From: Erysipelotrichaceae bacterium
GTDB lineage: Bacteria; Bacillota_I; Bacilli_A; ML615J-28; CAG-313
NCBI GenBank assembly: GCA_015059015.1
Contig: SVBG01000007.1
Span: 1,451 to 65,450 of the forward strand
Reading direction: 5' to 3'
DNA length: 64,000 nucleotides
Under the pieces are notes generated by a model. That model was not told where the DNA came from. It ran no database searches and was given only the letters and a program-made list of their open reading frames with translations. This document shows, piece after piece, positions 19,535 through 29,093 of this stretch (position 1 is its first letter; each line of letters opens with the position of its first letter). Both the position numbers and the translations under genes were made by a program.

Positions 19535-20218
19535 ATGATAATACTTAAAAATGTAAACAAATATTACGAAACTGGTGGAGAAAAAGTTCATGCAGTTAGA
19601 AATCTAAGCGTGACTTTCCCAAACACAGGTCTTGCTTTTATATTAGGTCCATCAGGCAGTGGTAAATCTACATTACTTAATCTTCTTGGAGGACTTGATA
19701 CACCAGATGAAGGTGAAATTTGGATTGAAGATCGCGAACTTTCAACATTTTCAAGAAAAGATAGAACAAACTACTTAAATAGTTATTTAGGATTTGTTTT
19801 CCAAGAATATAACATCCTAAAAGATTTATCTTTAAAAGAAAACATTGCACTTCCACTTGAAATTCAAGGATATAAAAGAAAAATAATTAATCAAAAATTT
19901 ACTCAAATTTTAAATGATGTAGAACTTACTGGACTTGAGAAAAGGAAAGTTAATCAATTATCTGGTGGTCAAAAACAAAGAATTGCAATAGCACGTGCTT
20001 TAATTAAAGATCCAAAAATGATTATCGCCGATGAACCAACAGGAAACCTAGATTCTGAAACTAGTAGAAATATTTTTAATTTATTTAAAAAACTATCAAA
20101 AAAATGTTTAGTCATCATTGTTACTCATGATGAAGAATCAGCACTTGAATTTGCAGATATGATTGTAAGCATTTCACCTGATGGAGATTCTCTTAAGGAG
20201 GTAAAACAAAATGGATAA
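19535..20218 (+). CDS. ABC transporter ATP-binding protein (MacB/LolD-like ATPase)
   Basis: GPSGSGKST, LSGGQKQR, IIADEP. AAGGAGG Shine-Dalgarno. Confidence 0.85.
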   Translation: MIILKNVNKYYETGGEKVHAVRNLSVTFPNTGLAFILGPSGSGKSTLLNLLGGLDTPDEGEIWIEDRELSTFSRKDRTNYLNSYLGFVFQEYNILKDLSLKENIALPLEIQGYKRKIINQKFTQILNDVELTGLEKRKVNQLSGGQKQRIAIARALIKDPKMIIADEPTGNLDSETSRNIFNLFKKLSKKCLVIIVTHDEESALEFADMIVSISPDGDSLKEVKQNG

Positions 20219-22109
20219 AAAAGTTTTATTACCTGAAGAACAAGCATTAGTTTCACATTTAGAGCTTAAAAAAGCAAAAGTCCCTCTAAAAACATGTTTA
20301 AAATTGTCACTTAAAAATATGTGGAAGAAAAAATTTAGATATTTAGTAATGTTTTTAATTTGCTCACTTTCACTTACCTTCTTCTCTGTTACAATAGAAC
20401 TTAATGGTGAAAAATTACGTCAAAACGTTTATACAATGATTGAAAATGGATATCGATATACTGATATTTATGAACATGTAAAACTTTCGGAAGAAGAATT
20501 AAAAGAAAACGAATATAACAAGTATGCACATACCACACTTCAAGGAAATTCACTAAATACTATAAAAGACTCTGTAGATAATATTACAATTCATGAATAT
20601 AAGCCTGTAGAAATTAAATATGCAAACTTAAATATAGAAAACTCAAATTACTTCTATACAGGGTATATTAACTCAATTATTCGTTTTGATGAAAGTAACA
20701 ACTATAACTTAATTGCAGGAAGACTTCCTAAACCAAATACAAAAGAAATCTTAATTACAGATTACCTTGCTGCAGCATTTGATTATTTTGATATTTATCC
20801 ATCAATAAATCATATCAATGACTACTTAAATCAACGTCTTAATTTAACTCATAATAATAACTACATAATTGTGGGAATTATTAAAACAAATTATGAGCAA
20901 TGGACTCATTTTTCAACAGTTGAATCTGTTAAAACTGAAGATAAAGAAAACTATTCATATTATAATGATTTTATCTTTATGAATAGTGTTATCTTAAATG
21001 ATGAATACTTTGAAATTGAAAAAATTAGTGATAATCCAAGTATGTTATTTATCAACAGTAATACTGAAGAAATTAACAATATGGCTTCTTGGACATTTAG
21101 CGTAAAAGACTTACAGGATGAAACAAAAACAATTTATTATGGTTATAATGAACAAGATGAAGATCCAACACTTGGATCATATGCCATTTCAAGTAACAAT
21201 CTTGATATATTAGCCGATGATGGATGGCTTACACCATTTGGTCGTGCTCCTGAAAGTGATGATGAGATTGTTATTTCATATAAATTAATATCTCATTTAT
21301 TTGGTTATAATTGGACATATACAAAATATAGAGATTGGTATGATTACCGAAATCATCAAAGAATTTGGAATAACATTAAAGGAAAAGAAATAACAATTAC
21401 TTTAACTGGAACTGATGAATATCCATATGATTATGAAAAAGCATACAAAATTGTAGGTATTACCAATTCAACACAAAATGTCTCTTCAGTAAATGCTAAT
21501 GCTGTTCAAGTTTCTGAAACTGAATATCAAAATATTTATTATACATACAATACCGATGAAGAAAAGATTCTAGTTGAACTTCCAAATGACTCAGTTGAAG
21601 CTTACAACCTGTTTAATAGAGCACTTGAAGCAGGTTATGTAATTGATGTTTGGGAATATCAACAAGATATTGACACATACATTGTTGACCCATTCCTAGA
21701 TTTAGCATCTAAAGCTGGTTTATTTATATTTGCAATATTCACTATGGGTATTATGTGGACAATAATTAGCATAGAAATAGTTGATTCAAAAAAAGAAATT
21801 GGTATCTTAAGATCAATAGGACTAAGTGGAGGAAAAGTATCATTTATCTTCATCTTCCAAACATCAGTAATTATATTACTCTCATATTTTGTAGGTGTAT
21901 TTGGAGGATATAAACTAATACCTCTTCTTAATAATGGTATAACCGATGAATTTGGTAAAGTAACACTTTATTTATATTCATTTACATATCGTACACCACT
22001 ATATTTAGCACTATTAGTAATAATAATGACTGCTATTTCAACTATTATTCCATTATTTAAGATTCTTTCACAAAAAATCATTGACGTTATCAATGAACGC
22101 GATAACTAA
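20211..22109 (+). CDS. FtsX-family ABC permease with a large extracytoplasmic domain
   Basis: TM1 near the N-terminus, about 430 aa of non-hydrophobic sequence, then three C-terminal TM helices. AAGGAGG Shine-Dalgarno. Confidence 0.65.
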   Translation: MDKKVLLPEEQALVSHLELKKAKVPLKTCLKLSLKNMWKKKFRYLVMFLICSLSLTFFSVTIELNGEKLRQNVYTMIENGYRYTDIYEHVKLSEEELKENEYNKYAHTTLQGNSLNTIKDSVDNITIHEYKPVEIKYANLNIENSNYFYTGYINSIIRFDESNNYNLIAGRLPKPNTKEILITDYLAAAFDYFDIYPSINHINDYLNQRLNLTHNNNYIIVGIIKTNYEQWTHFSTVESVKTEDKENYSYYNDFIFMNSVILNDEYFEIEKISDNPSMLFINSNTEEINNMASWTFSVKDLQDETKTIYYGYNEQDEDPTLGSYAISSNNLDILADDGWLTPFGRAPESDDEIVISYKLISHLFGYNWTYTKYRDWYDYRNHQRIWNNIKGKEITITLTGTDEYPYDYEKAYKIVGITNSTQNVSSVNANAVQVSETEYQNIYYTYNTDEEKILVELPNDSVEAYNLFNRALEAGYVIDVWEYQQDIDTYIVDPFLDLASKAGLFIFAIFTMGIMWTIISIEIVDSKKEIGILRSIGLSGGKVSFIFIFQTSVIILLSYFVGVFGGYKLIPLLNNGITDEFGKVTLYLYSFTYRTPLYLALLVIIMTAISTIIPLFKILSQKIIDVINERDN

Positions 22110-22112
22110 AAA

Positions 22113-22154
22113 CAAAACAGATGAACAAAATTTGTTCATCTGTTTATTTTTTTA
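22113..22154. terminator. Bidirectional terminator between the convergent ABC permease and pullulanase genes
   Basis: 15-bp perfect inverted repeat aaacagatgaacaaa/tttgttcatctgttt with T-runs on both sides. Confidence 0.65.
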
Positions 22155-24174
22155 TTAAGTATATGCCAGGTTTATTAAATTTAAATAATTCAACGTCTTC
22201 TTTTACTTCTTTTCTTCCATCAAAAATTAACGTACTACCTGGAGCGAATACTTTTTGTTCTAATTTATAATCATTTTTCATTATTAAACAATAATCAATA
22301 TTATTATTATAGTCATAATATCGTAGAACTAAAGAGCCATCAAATTGTTCAATTTTAATATATTTTGTAATTTCATCTTTAGTATTAAATCTAAAGATTG
22401 GATATTTATTTCTTACTTTAATAACATTCTTTAATGTGTTTATAACTTCATTATATTTATCAACATTTTCCCAATGTACACCATTATATTCATCGCCAAT
22501 ATTATAAGAATTATGATGTAGTTTTTTGCTTCTACCGAATTCCATACCCAAATGATAAAATGGAATACCTTGTGATAGTGCTATTACACTTACTGCAAGC
22601 GAAAGTCTATCAATTAATTCATCATCTGTAATATCAGGATATAATTTAATAATTGTATCATATAATGTATAATTGTCATGACATTCAATATAGTTAATTG
22701 AAAACCTAGGACTATCCCATTTCTCTTCTTTTGCACAATATCCTGTTAGAGCTTGATAAAGTTCTAAATTTGATACTTTTTTTCCTAAAACATAACCACC
22801 TTCTGTACAATCAAAATTAGATTTCATTAAATTTCTAAATGAATCATTAAAGAAACTAAAACCACGAAGTTGCCAGAAGTTTTCACATAACCCACCTAAA
22901 TCATGTGGTAATTTCATTGGAATATTCCATCCTTCACCATACATAAGATTATTAGAATCAATATCTAGTAATAAACTTTTTGCTGTATTAAGAGTATCTA
23001 CATCTATTAAATCCATTAAATCGAATCTAAAACCATCTATTTTAAACTCATTTTTAAAATATAATAAACAATCAATTATTAATCTTCTAATCATTAATTT
23101 TGTTGAATTAAGATCATTCCCACAACCAGATGAATTTGTTAAGAAACCATTATCTTGTGTATGATATGCATACCCAGGAACTAATATAGAATATGGATAT
23201 TTACAAACATCATAAACATGATTAAATACAACATCAAGAGTCACTCCCATATTTAATGAATGAATTGTATCTATTAATTCTTTTAATTCATTTATTCCAC
23301 CAAGCGGATTATTAAAGTCTTTAGTTAAATAATTAGATATTGAAAAATAATTTATTGGATTATAACCCCAGTTATAATCATCTTTTTTTACCTCATCTAC
23401 TCCACCGAACCCAAATACAGGCATAATTTGTAAATGATTAAAACCGATATTTTTTAAATATCCAAGTCCATACTCCCTATTAACAGTATCTATTAAATCT
23501 TTAAATGTTCCACCACCTTTAAGTGATGTAATATCACGAATACTTAATTCTTCAATTATAGGGTCATCAAAATGTACATAATCATACTTTAACTTATATG
23601 ATTTCTTCAAATCCACAACAATGTTTGCAGTAAAATTAGGTGTACTACTTATACCATATGGATCAAGAGTTTTAATAAACTCTTCATTAACTCTAACCAA
23701 GTAATAATATTTTGAATTTAGAATATCTTGATTAATTCTTTTTTCCCATACGCCTTTATTAGTATATTCCATATCATATTCTACTTCATCTAATACTAAT
23801 TTAATTTCTTTTGCAACAGGACTCCATACTCTAAATTTAGTTTCATTTTTAGAATAAAATACACCAAGTAATTCATTAGTTGAATTTTCCAAATCAAAAC
23901 GTTTAGTTCTTGTAATCTTACCAAGATTTAAATGAAAAGACAATGTTTCTTTATTTTTAGAAATTGCTAAAACTGTATAATCTAAATGTAAATTAATATA
24001 ACCTAAAAAAGATGTATATAAATGTCTTTCATTAGAATATGTTTCATCTTTAAATACACTTAAATATTCTTCTTCATTATTACCAATTAATTTTAATGAA
24101 ACATAATTGAAACTTTTAGGTATAATTAATTTTATAAAATGATAATCTTCTAGATACGCACCAAATATTTTCAT
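22144..24174 (-). CDS. Type I pullulanase / glycogen-debranching-type GH13 enzyme, cytoplasmic (no signal peptide)
   Basis: GH13 regions DVVFNH, DGFRFDLM, YGEGW and YIECHDN. N-terminal CBM48-like segment. 676 aa. Confidence 0.8.
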   Translation of the reverse strand: MKIFGAYLEDYHFIKLIIPKSFNYVSLKLIGNNEEEYLSVFKDETYSNERHLYTSFLGYINLHLDYTVLAISKNKETLSFHLNLGKITRTKRFDLENSTNELLGVFYSKNETKFRVWSPVAKEIKLVLDEVEYDMEYTNKGVWEKRINQDILNSKYYYLVRVNEEFIKTLDPYGISSTPNFTANIVVDLKKSYKLKYDYVHFDDPIIEELSIRDITSLKGGGTFKDLIDTVNREYGLGYLKNIGFNHLQIMPVFGFGGVDEVKKDDYNWGYNPINYFSISNYLTKDFNNPLGGINELKELIDTIHSLNMGVTLDVVFNHVYDVCKYPYSILVPGYAYHTQDNGFLTNSSGCGNDLNSTKLMIRRLIIDCLLYFKNEFKIDGFRFDLMDLIDVDTLNTAKSLLLDIDSNNLMYGEGWNIPMKLPHDLGGLCENFWQLRGFSFFNDSFRNLMKSNFDCTEGGYVLGKKVSNLELYQALTGYCAKEEKWDSPRFSINYIECHDNYTLYDTIIKLYPDITDDELIDRLSLAVSVIALSQGIPFYHLGMEFGRSKKLHHNSYNIGDEYNGVHWENVDKYNEVINTLKNVIKVRNKYPIFRFNTKDEITKYIKIEQFDGSLVLRYYDYNNNIDYCLIMKNDYKLEQKVFAPGSTLIFDGRKEVKEDVELFKFNKPGIYLIKK

Positions 24175-24917
24175 TATTTAAGTTCCTCATCATCAATTTT
24201 TCGATATTGCGAAGAGAATATAATTAATAAAGTTCCAACCACACTACAAATTGTTGCAAAAATAGCAGCTATTAGCGCATTACTTGTAGTAAAATATCCT
24301 TTATTGTCATCATTATTGTTATTATTATTACTACCACTACTATTATTATCATCAGATGTTGGTGGTGTAGGTGGTACAATTACTGAAGGATATACAACAT
24401 TAGGTAAATAAAATAAATTTTCAAACGATTTTTCTTTACAATCATAGATAAATTTAAATTTAAGTAATCCGTATGTATCTTTAGCAATTTTAAATGTTAA
24501 TTTATACTCCCATAATCTATCTTTTGATTCATCAATATCTGTAGTTAGCGGATCATCGACTGGTTCATCAATAATTTCAAATTTAACATCATATTCTATT
24601 TCTTCATCTTCCAAATCCCAACTAATATCAAAAATATCAACATAAATATATGTATTAGGATTATACAACGAAATTACTAAATTTTCCATTTTTTCTGTTG
24701 AAATCCATTCAAAAGTTAATTCTCTTTCTTTAGCTAATGTTCCACCTGGATAATAATCAAACTTTATAATTGTAGTATCAATAACAATTTCTTCTTGGTT
24801 ATTATCACTATTATCATTATTATTATTTTCACTATTATTCTCTTCTGCTTGAACACTAAATGGTAATAAAAATACCATTAAAAACATAATTAAAATACTA
24901 AATATAGACTTTTTCAT
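24174..24917 (-). CDS. Secreted Asn/Asp-rich protein with a C-terminal membrane anchor
   Basis: Signal peptide (…FSVQA/EE). poly-N/D low-complexity tracts and a Pro/Thr linker. C-terminal TM helix followed by RK. No LPxTG motif. Confidence 0.45.
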   Translation of the reverse strand: MKKSIFSILIMFLMVFLLPFSVQAEENNSENNNNDNSDNNQEEIVIDTTIIKFDYYPGGTLAKERELTFEWISTEKMENLVISLYNPNTYIYVDIFDISWDLEDEEIEYDVKFEIIDEPVDDPLTTDIDESKDRLWEYKLTFKIAKDTYGLLKFKFIYDCKEKSFENLFYLPNVVYPSVIVPPTPPTSDDNNSSGSNNNNNNDDNKGYFTTSNALIAAIFATICSVVGTLLIIFSSQYRKIDDEELK

Positions 24918-25360
24918 TATTTATCACGTTCCTGATATTTTTGAAGTTTCTTATTTAAATCACGATTTTCTAGTGTTCTTTTTATTATTATAACACCAAA
25001 TAACAAAGTTAACCCAATTAAATTAATGATTAAAGAAAATAACCAAAAATTCTTATCAGTTGTAAAACAATTAGTATAAAAACCAACAAAATATATTGAT
25101 ATAGTAACAATTACATAAATTAAAACTGCTTGAACTATAAAATTTATTTTATCAAAATACAAAACTACTGTAAGAATTGCAGCTACAATACAAGCAGTAA
25201 AAAACAAAATACTTAAATAATTGATTGGAAAAATATATTGTTTAAATACACCTAATGATATTACTGCATAACATCCAACATATACTGCAAACAAACTAAG
25301 TAAAAATGACATAAATCTTACTAAAATTAAATAACATCTTTTTACTAATTTCTTATTCAT
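24917..25360 (-). CDS. DUF3021-like small polytopic membrane protein (usual partner of LytTR regulators)
   Basis: 147 aa with about 4 TM segments. Overlaps the LytTR gene by 8 nt. Confidence 0.4.
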   Translation of the reverse strand: MNKKLVKRCYLILVRFMSFLLSLFAVYVGCYAVISLGVFKQYIFPINYLSILFFTACIVAAILTVVLYFDKINFIVQAVLIYVIVTISIYFVGFYTNCFTTDKNFWLFSLIINLIGLTLLFGVIIIKRTLENRDLNKKLQKYQERDK

Positions 25361-25811
25361 AACTATGTTCTCCTTTCATCATTAATTTATTTTTAAATTC
25401 ATGAGCATAAGCTCTAGATATTATTTGTTTTTCTCCATTTATAAGAACTGCTAAAATACGCCCATTAACAAGTGTTGACACCTTTTCAATGATATCAATA
25501 TTAATAACAATTGTTCTAGATATTTGAATAAAGAATAACTTACCAAATAATACATTTATATCTTGAATACGGTAATTTACTTCATATACTAAATCTTTTG
25601 TATACGCAAAAACCCTATTATCTACAGCTTCAAAATAATAAATATCTTTTAAATTTATAAATACTTTTTCACCATCTTTTTTTCCAACAATACTCATACC
25701 ATAATTTTCTATATATTCAGAAATTGAAAGTATTTCTTGGTTAATTTTCTTACATTCTATGGTGACTAAATCTTCAAGTAAATCTGGATTTTCGATTATT
25801 TTGACCTTCAT
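25353..25811 (-). CDS. LytTR-family DNA-binding protein (stand-alone LytTR domain regulator)
   Basis: LytTR hallmarks INLKDIYYFEAVDNRVFAYTKD and FIQISRTIVINIDIIEKV. 152 aa. Confidence 0.7.
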   Translation of the reverse strand: MKVKIIENPDLLEDLVTIECKKINQEILSISEYIENYGMSIVGKKDGEKVFINLKDIYYFEAVDNRVFAYTKDLVYEVNYRIQDINVLFGKLFFIQISRTIVINIDIIEKVSTLVNGRILAVLINGEKQIISRAYAHEFKNKLMMKGEHSYE

Positions 25812-26624
25812 TTACTTCTCCTTTCTAAAACGATTTCGATATGTACATTTTTTACATAATTCAAAATATGGAATACTACCATTCCATCCTTTTAAAACAT
25901 TTTTATATTCATTACTACATAATAAATCACTAAAACTATTATTATAAATATTACCTATTGAAGTGTGACCCAAATAATCTAGACAACAAATAACAACATC
26001 TCCATTAAGTAAAATCCCCATTTGTGATTTACCACCTAAACAACTACTTCTAACTTCATTTTCACACATATCTAAACTAGGCCAAGCAAATTCATCAGCA
26101 ATAGACATATTTACATATGGATAATCAAGTAAATGATACTTTTCAATATATTCATCAAATTTATTATTTAAATTATTAATTTCAGCATTTTCTTTATTGT
26201 TCCAAATTCTTAAATGAATTGGTAATTTATGTTTTCTACCTATTACTAATTCATTTAAATAATAAAAATACTCATCAATATCTTCAATCTTATTAATACT
26301 TTGTAAACTTACGTTTAAAACATATAAAGAACTATTAATTAGTTCAAAATAATGATTCTTAATTAAATGTCCATTTGTAGTAAGTGATACTTTTAAATAC
26401 TTACTAGCATATTCAATAAAATCAAACACTTCTTTATGAAGTAGTGGTTCACCTAAAATATGTAAATATATTCCGTCAGTATAATCTTTTATTTGATCTA
26501 TTATGTGTTTAAAACTTTCAAAACTTAAATATTCATGATTATTTACACTACTAGATGGACAAAAACTACATTTTAAGTTACATGCTTTAGTTATTTCTAC
26601 GTATATATTCTTAAATTTTTTCAT
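25812..26624 (-). CDS. Radical SAM protein with a C-terminal Cys-rich auxiliary-cluster (SPASM/twitch-like) region
   Basis: CNLKCSFC (Cx3Cx2C) at residues 15-22 and an (L)GEPLL segment. C-terminal cysteines in SSCLGG..., VVICC, LLCS and ELCKKC. 270 aa. Confidence 0.65.
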   Translation of the reverse strand: MKKFKNIYVEITKACNLKCSFCPSSSVNNHEYLSFESFKHIIDQIKDYTDGIYLHILGEPLLHKEVFDFIEYASKYLKVSLTTNGHLIKNHYFELINSSLYVLNVSLQSINKIEDIDEYFYYLNELVIGRKHKLPIHLRIWNNKENAEINNLNNKFDEYIEKYHLLDYPYVNMSIADEFAWPSLDMCENEVRSSCLGGKSQMGILLNGDVVICCLDYLGHTSIGNIYNNSFSDLLCSNEYKNVLKGWNGSIPYFELCKKCTYRNRFRKEK

Positions 26625-26630
26625 AAATAT

Positions 26631-26639
26631 ATTATATCA
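26631..26639 (-). promoter_or_regulatory. Extended -10 element (TGaTATAAT) 7 nt upstream of the radical SAM start, implying a leaderless transcript
   Basis: Minus-strand TGATATAAT read directly. There is no Shine-Dalgarno before the ATG. Confidence 0.35.
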
Positions 26640-26669
26640 CAAAAGCAATATTTATCATACCATTTTGAT

Positions 26670-26700
26670 AAAAAGCCAGTTCAATTGAACTAGCTTTTTT
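26670..26700 (-). terminator. Terminator after the ankyrin-repeat gene
   Basis: Stem agccagttcaa/ttgaactagct with one mismatch, then TTTTTATC on the minus strand. Confidence 0.45.
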
Positions 26701-27514
26701 AGTTAAATAAATTTAATATATCAATGTTATTTTTTTCAATTGCAATATCAAGAGCAGTTTTACCATTATTATTTTTAATATCAAGATTAGCACCATTATC
26801 TAATAAATATTTAACAACATTATAACAATTATTTTTAACTGCCCAAATTAGGGAACTATTACCATATGTAGGATCAATAACATCAATATTAACGTTTAAA
26901 TCTTCTATTAAATACTTAACCATTAATTTATTATTGTTTTTTGCAGCAATAAAAATTACATTTCCTAATCGAACATCTGTAATTGAAAGACCATTATTTA
27001 ATAATAACATTGCTAATTGAAAATCTATTATTTCAGTACTTTCACTATAATTAACTACATTATATGTGAAGGCATAATCTAATGCAGAATAATCATTACT
27101 TATAATTGCAACATCTGCACCATTATTTATTAAATATTCTGCAATTAACACCCGACTTTCATTATTTTGACCTAATGCAACCATTAAAGGAGTATGTCCA
27201 TCCCATACATCAGTATTATTGATATTTGCTCCTGCTTCTACCAATTTAACAACAAAGACATATTTACCTTCTTTACATGCGAAATGTAATGGTGGCATAT
27301 TAACCCTATCATTATCAAAAACATATGGTCTAGAATCAAGATTTTTTCCTTGTTTAAGTAATTCATCAAATAAACCATAATCATCATTTTCAATTGCATT
27401 AATCAACTGTTGTGAATAATTGTAAGAACTTGTACAAGATTCCAAAATAATAGTTCCACATATCATAATTAATGTAATTACTAACAAATAAATCCTATAA
27501 AATTTTTGTTTCAT
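26699..27514 (-). CDS. Ankyrin-repeat protein with an N-terminal signal / lipoprotein-like leader
   Basis: At least 4 ANK-like units (e.g. PLHFACKEGKYVFVVKLVEAGANIN, ...NGKTALDIAIEKNNIDILNLF). Hydrophobic leader ending ILESC. Confidence 0.65.
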   Translation of the reverse strand: MKQKFYRIYLLVITLIMICGTIILESCTSSYNYSQQLINAIENDDYGLFDELLKQGKNLDSRPYVFDNDRVNMPPLHFACKEGKYVFVVKLVEAGANINNTDVWDGHTPLMVALGQNNESRVLIAEYLINNGADVAIISNDYSALDYAFTYNVVNYSESTEIIDFQLAMLLLNNGLSITDVRLGNVIFIAAKNNNKLMVKYLIEDLNVNIDVIDPTYGNSSLIWAVKNNCYNVVKYLLDNGANLDIKNNNGKTALDIAIEKNNIDILNLFN

Positions 27515-27559
27515 GTTTTATATATTTATAAATTTTAAATTATTTTAAATAATATTTTT

Positions 27560-27913
27560 TTATTCAGCTATAATAGCTGTAACTGGAATTAGGAAGAACA
27601 CTAACCAAACTTTCCACCATTCACCAGTTAAAATGCCCAAAACAATATATGCAATAATACTAAAAATTACTGATATTGAAATCCATTTAGCTTTACCTTC
27701 TTGTGTATAAATTGAAAGTAAGATTTCAACAAGAGGAATTGCAGTAAATACAACCCAACCTGGATGCCACATATTTTGATATAATCCTAAATAAAAGAAT
27801 GCTGCAGTACAAAGAATTGGTGTAACTGCTGATATTTTTCTTGAAATTTTTGATCTTACATTTCTATTCACTTTAATTTCCACTCCATTTTCATCATAAT
27901 ATTTTTGACTCAT
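27560..27913 (-). CDS. Small hypothetical membrane protein (2-3 TM)
   Basis: Hydrophobic segments. Last gene of the DUF2089 operon. Confidence 0.4.
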   Translation of the reverse strand: MSQKYYDENGVEIKVNRNVRSKISRKISAVTPILCTAAFFYLGLYQNMWHPGWVVFTAIPLVEILLSIYTQEGKAKWISISVIFSIIAYIVLGILTGEWWKVWLVFFLIPVTAIIAE

Positions 27914-27931
27914 CTTAATTGTCTCCTTTTT

Positions 27932-28699
27932 TTAATTAACTGCCTTATAATTTATAGATCCCGTAATACTAGAACCACGTTTTAATTTTAATTTCCCACA
28001 TACATTTATATCTCCACTAATGGTATCAAAGATAGCTTTATCAGCTTCAATATAAGATACTTCCACATCTCCACTAACTGTATTTATACGTATTTCATTT
28101 GTTTTGATTCTACTTACATTAAAATCACCACTTACACTATTTAATAAAACATCTTCTGCAATTATCTTATCAATATCAAAATCACCAGATACAGTATAAA
28201 AAGAAGTTTTAATTGTATTAATAGCACAAACTTCAACATCACACGAAACTGTAGAAATTTCAAATTTATCAAATTTGATATTATCACCAATTTCAATTAA
28301 AATAGAACCACGACATCTTCTAAAAAATGATTTACCAAACTTATCTGTAATACTAAGTTTATTATCTTGATGTTGAATATTTAACTTATCAAGTAATTCT
28401 TCATCAACATTTATTACAATCCCAGGTTTAGTTCCTTTTTTAATGACAATATTACTTGCTAAAGCATCTTCTAATTTAAACGTATAAACATCATAATATT
28501 CAACGTTTTCATTATCAATATATTTTTTTACAACTGATTCAACACTTCCCATCATTTTAATAGCTTCATCAACACTCATATCAGCAAGAGCTGCAAGTTC
28601 AAAACGCTTACGATATTTATCTACAATCTCATCTGCATTACTGATACCAGCATTAACAAGAGCAAGTTCCAATGAAATTAAATATTCTTCTTTTGTCAT
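27932..28699 (-). CDS. DUF4097 (toast-rack / LiaF-C-terminal-like beta-repeat) domain protein
   Basis: Repeated SGD(I/F/V)xV strands (VSGDFDI, VSGDFNV, VSGDVEV, ISGDINV). Confidence 0.55.
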   Translation of the reverse strand: MTKEEYLISLELALVNAGISNADEIVDKYRKRFELAALADMSVDEAIKMMGSVESVVKKYIDNENVEYYDVYTFKLEDALASNIVIKKGTKPGIVINVDEELLDKLNIQHQDNKLSITDKFGKSFFRRCRGSILIEIGDNIKFDKFEISTVSCDVEVCAINTIKTSFYTVSGDFDIDKIIAEDVLLNSVSGDFNVSRIKTNEIRINTVSGDVEVSYIEADKAIFDTISGDINVCGKLKLKRGSSITGSINYKAVN

Positions 28700-28700
28700 T

Positions 28701-29075
28701 TTATACCTCCTTTAACATTTCTTCAGCTTCATCAAAAGTGATTTCACCATTTTTTAAAGCCTTGTAAATATCTTCTTTTGAAGGTTTATCAACTAAAGTT
28801 TCATTAATCTTTTCAAATCCAAGTGCATTAATCAAATCATCTAAATTCTTTTTAACAGTAGGATATGAGATATTTAATTCCTTTTCAATAAGTTTAATAT
28901 TACCACCATTTTTTATAAAAACAAAAGCAAATTCTTGTTGTGCAGTACTTAAATAATCAAACTTAGATAAATTAAAACTTCCATGAATACTAGTATTACA
29001 TCCATCACATGTAAGAACACTTACAGTTAAATTTTCACCACATACAGGACAAGTACCAATAACATTTTTATTCAT
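28701..29075 (-). CDS. DUF2089 family protein (N-terminal zinc ribbon plus C-terminal HTH), putative regulator
   Basis: CPVCGx11CDGC zinc ribbon, then an HTH-like segment ISYPTVKKNLDDLINALG. 124 aa. Confidence 0.55.
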   Translation of the reverse strand: MNKNVIGTCPVCGENLTVSVLTCDGCNTSIHGSFNLSKFDYLSTAQQEFAFVFIKNGGNIKLIEKELNISYPTVKKNLDDLINALGFEKINETLVDKPSKEDIYKALKNGEITFDEAEEMLKEV

Positions 29076-29093
29076 ATCATCACCTCAATTAAG

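Noticed and set aside
25759-25947. 62-aa + strand ORF considered as a possible RiPP precursor for the radical SAM enzyme
   Set aside because: It is antisense to the LytTR / radical-SAM junction and has no Shine-Dalgarno. Its sequence is not leader/core-like.
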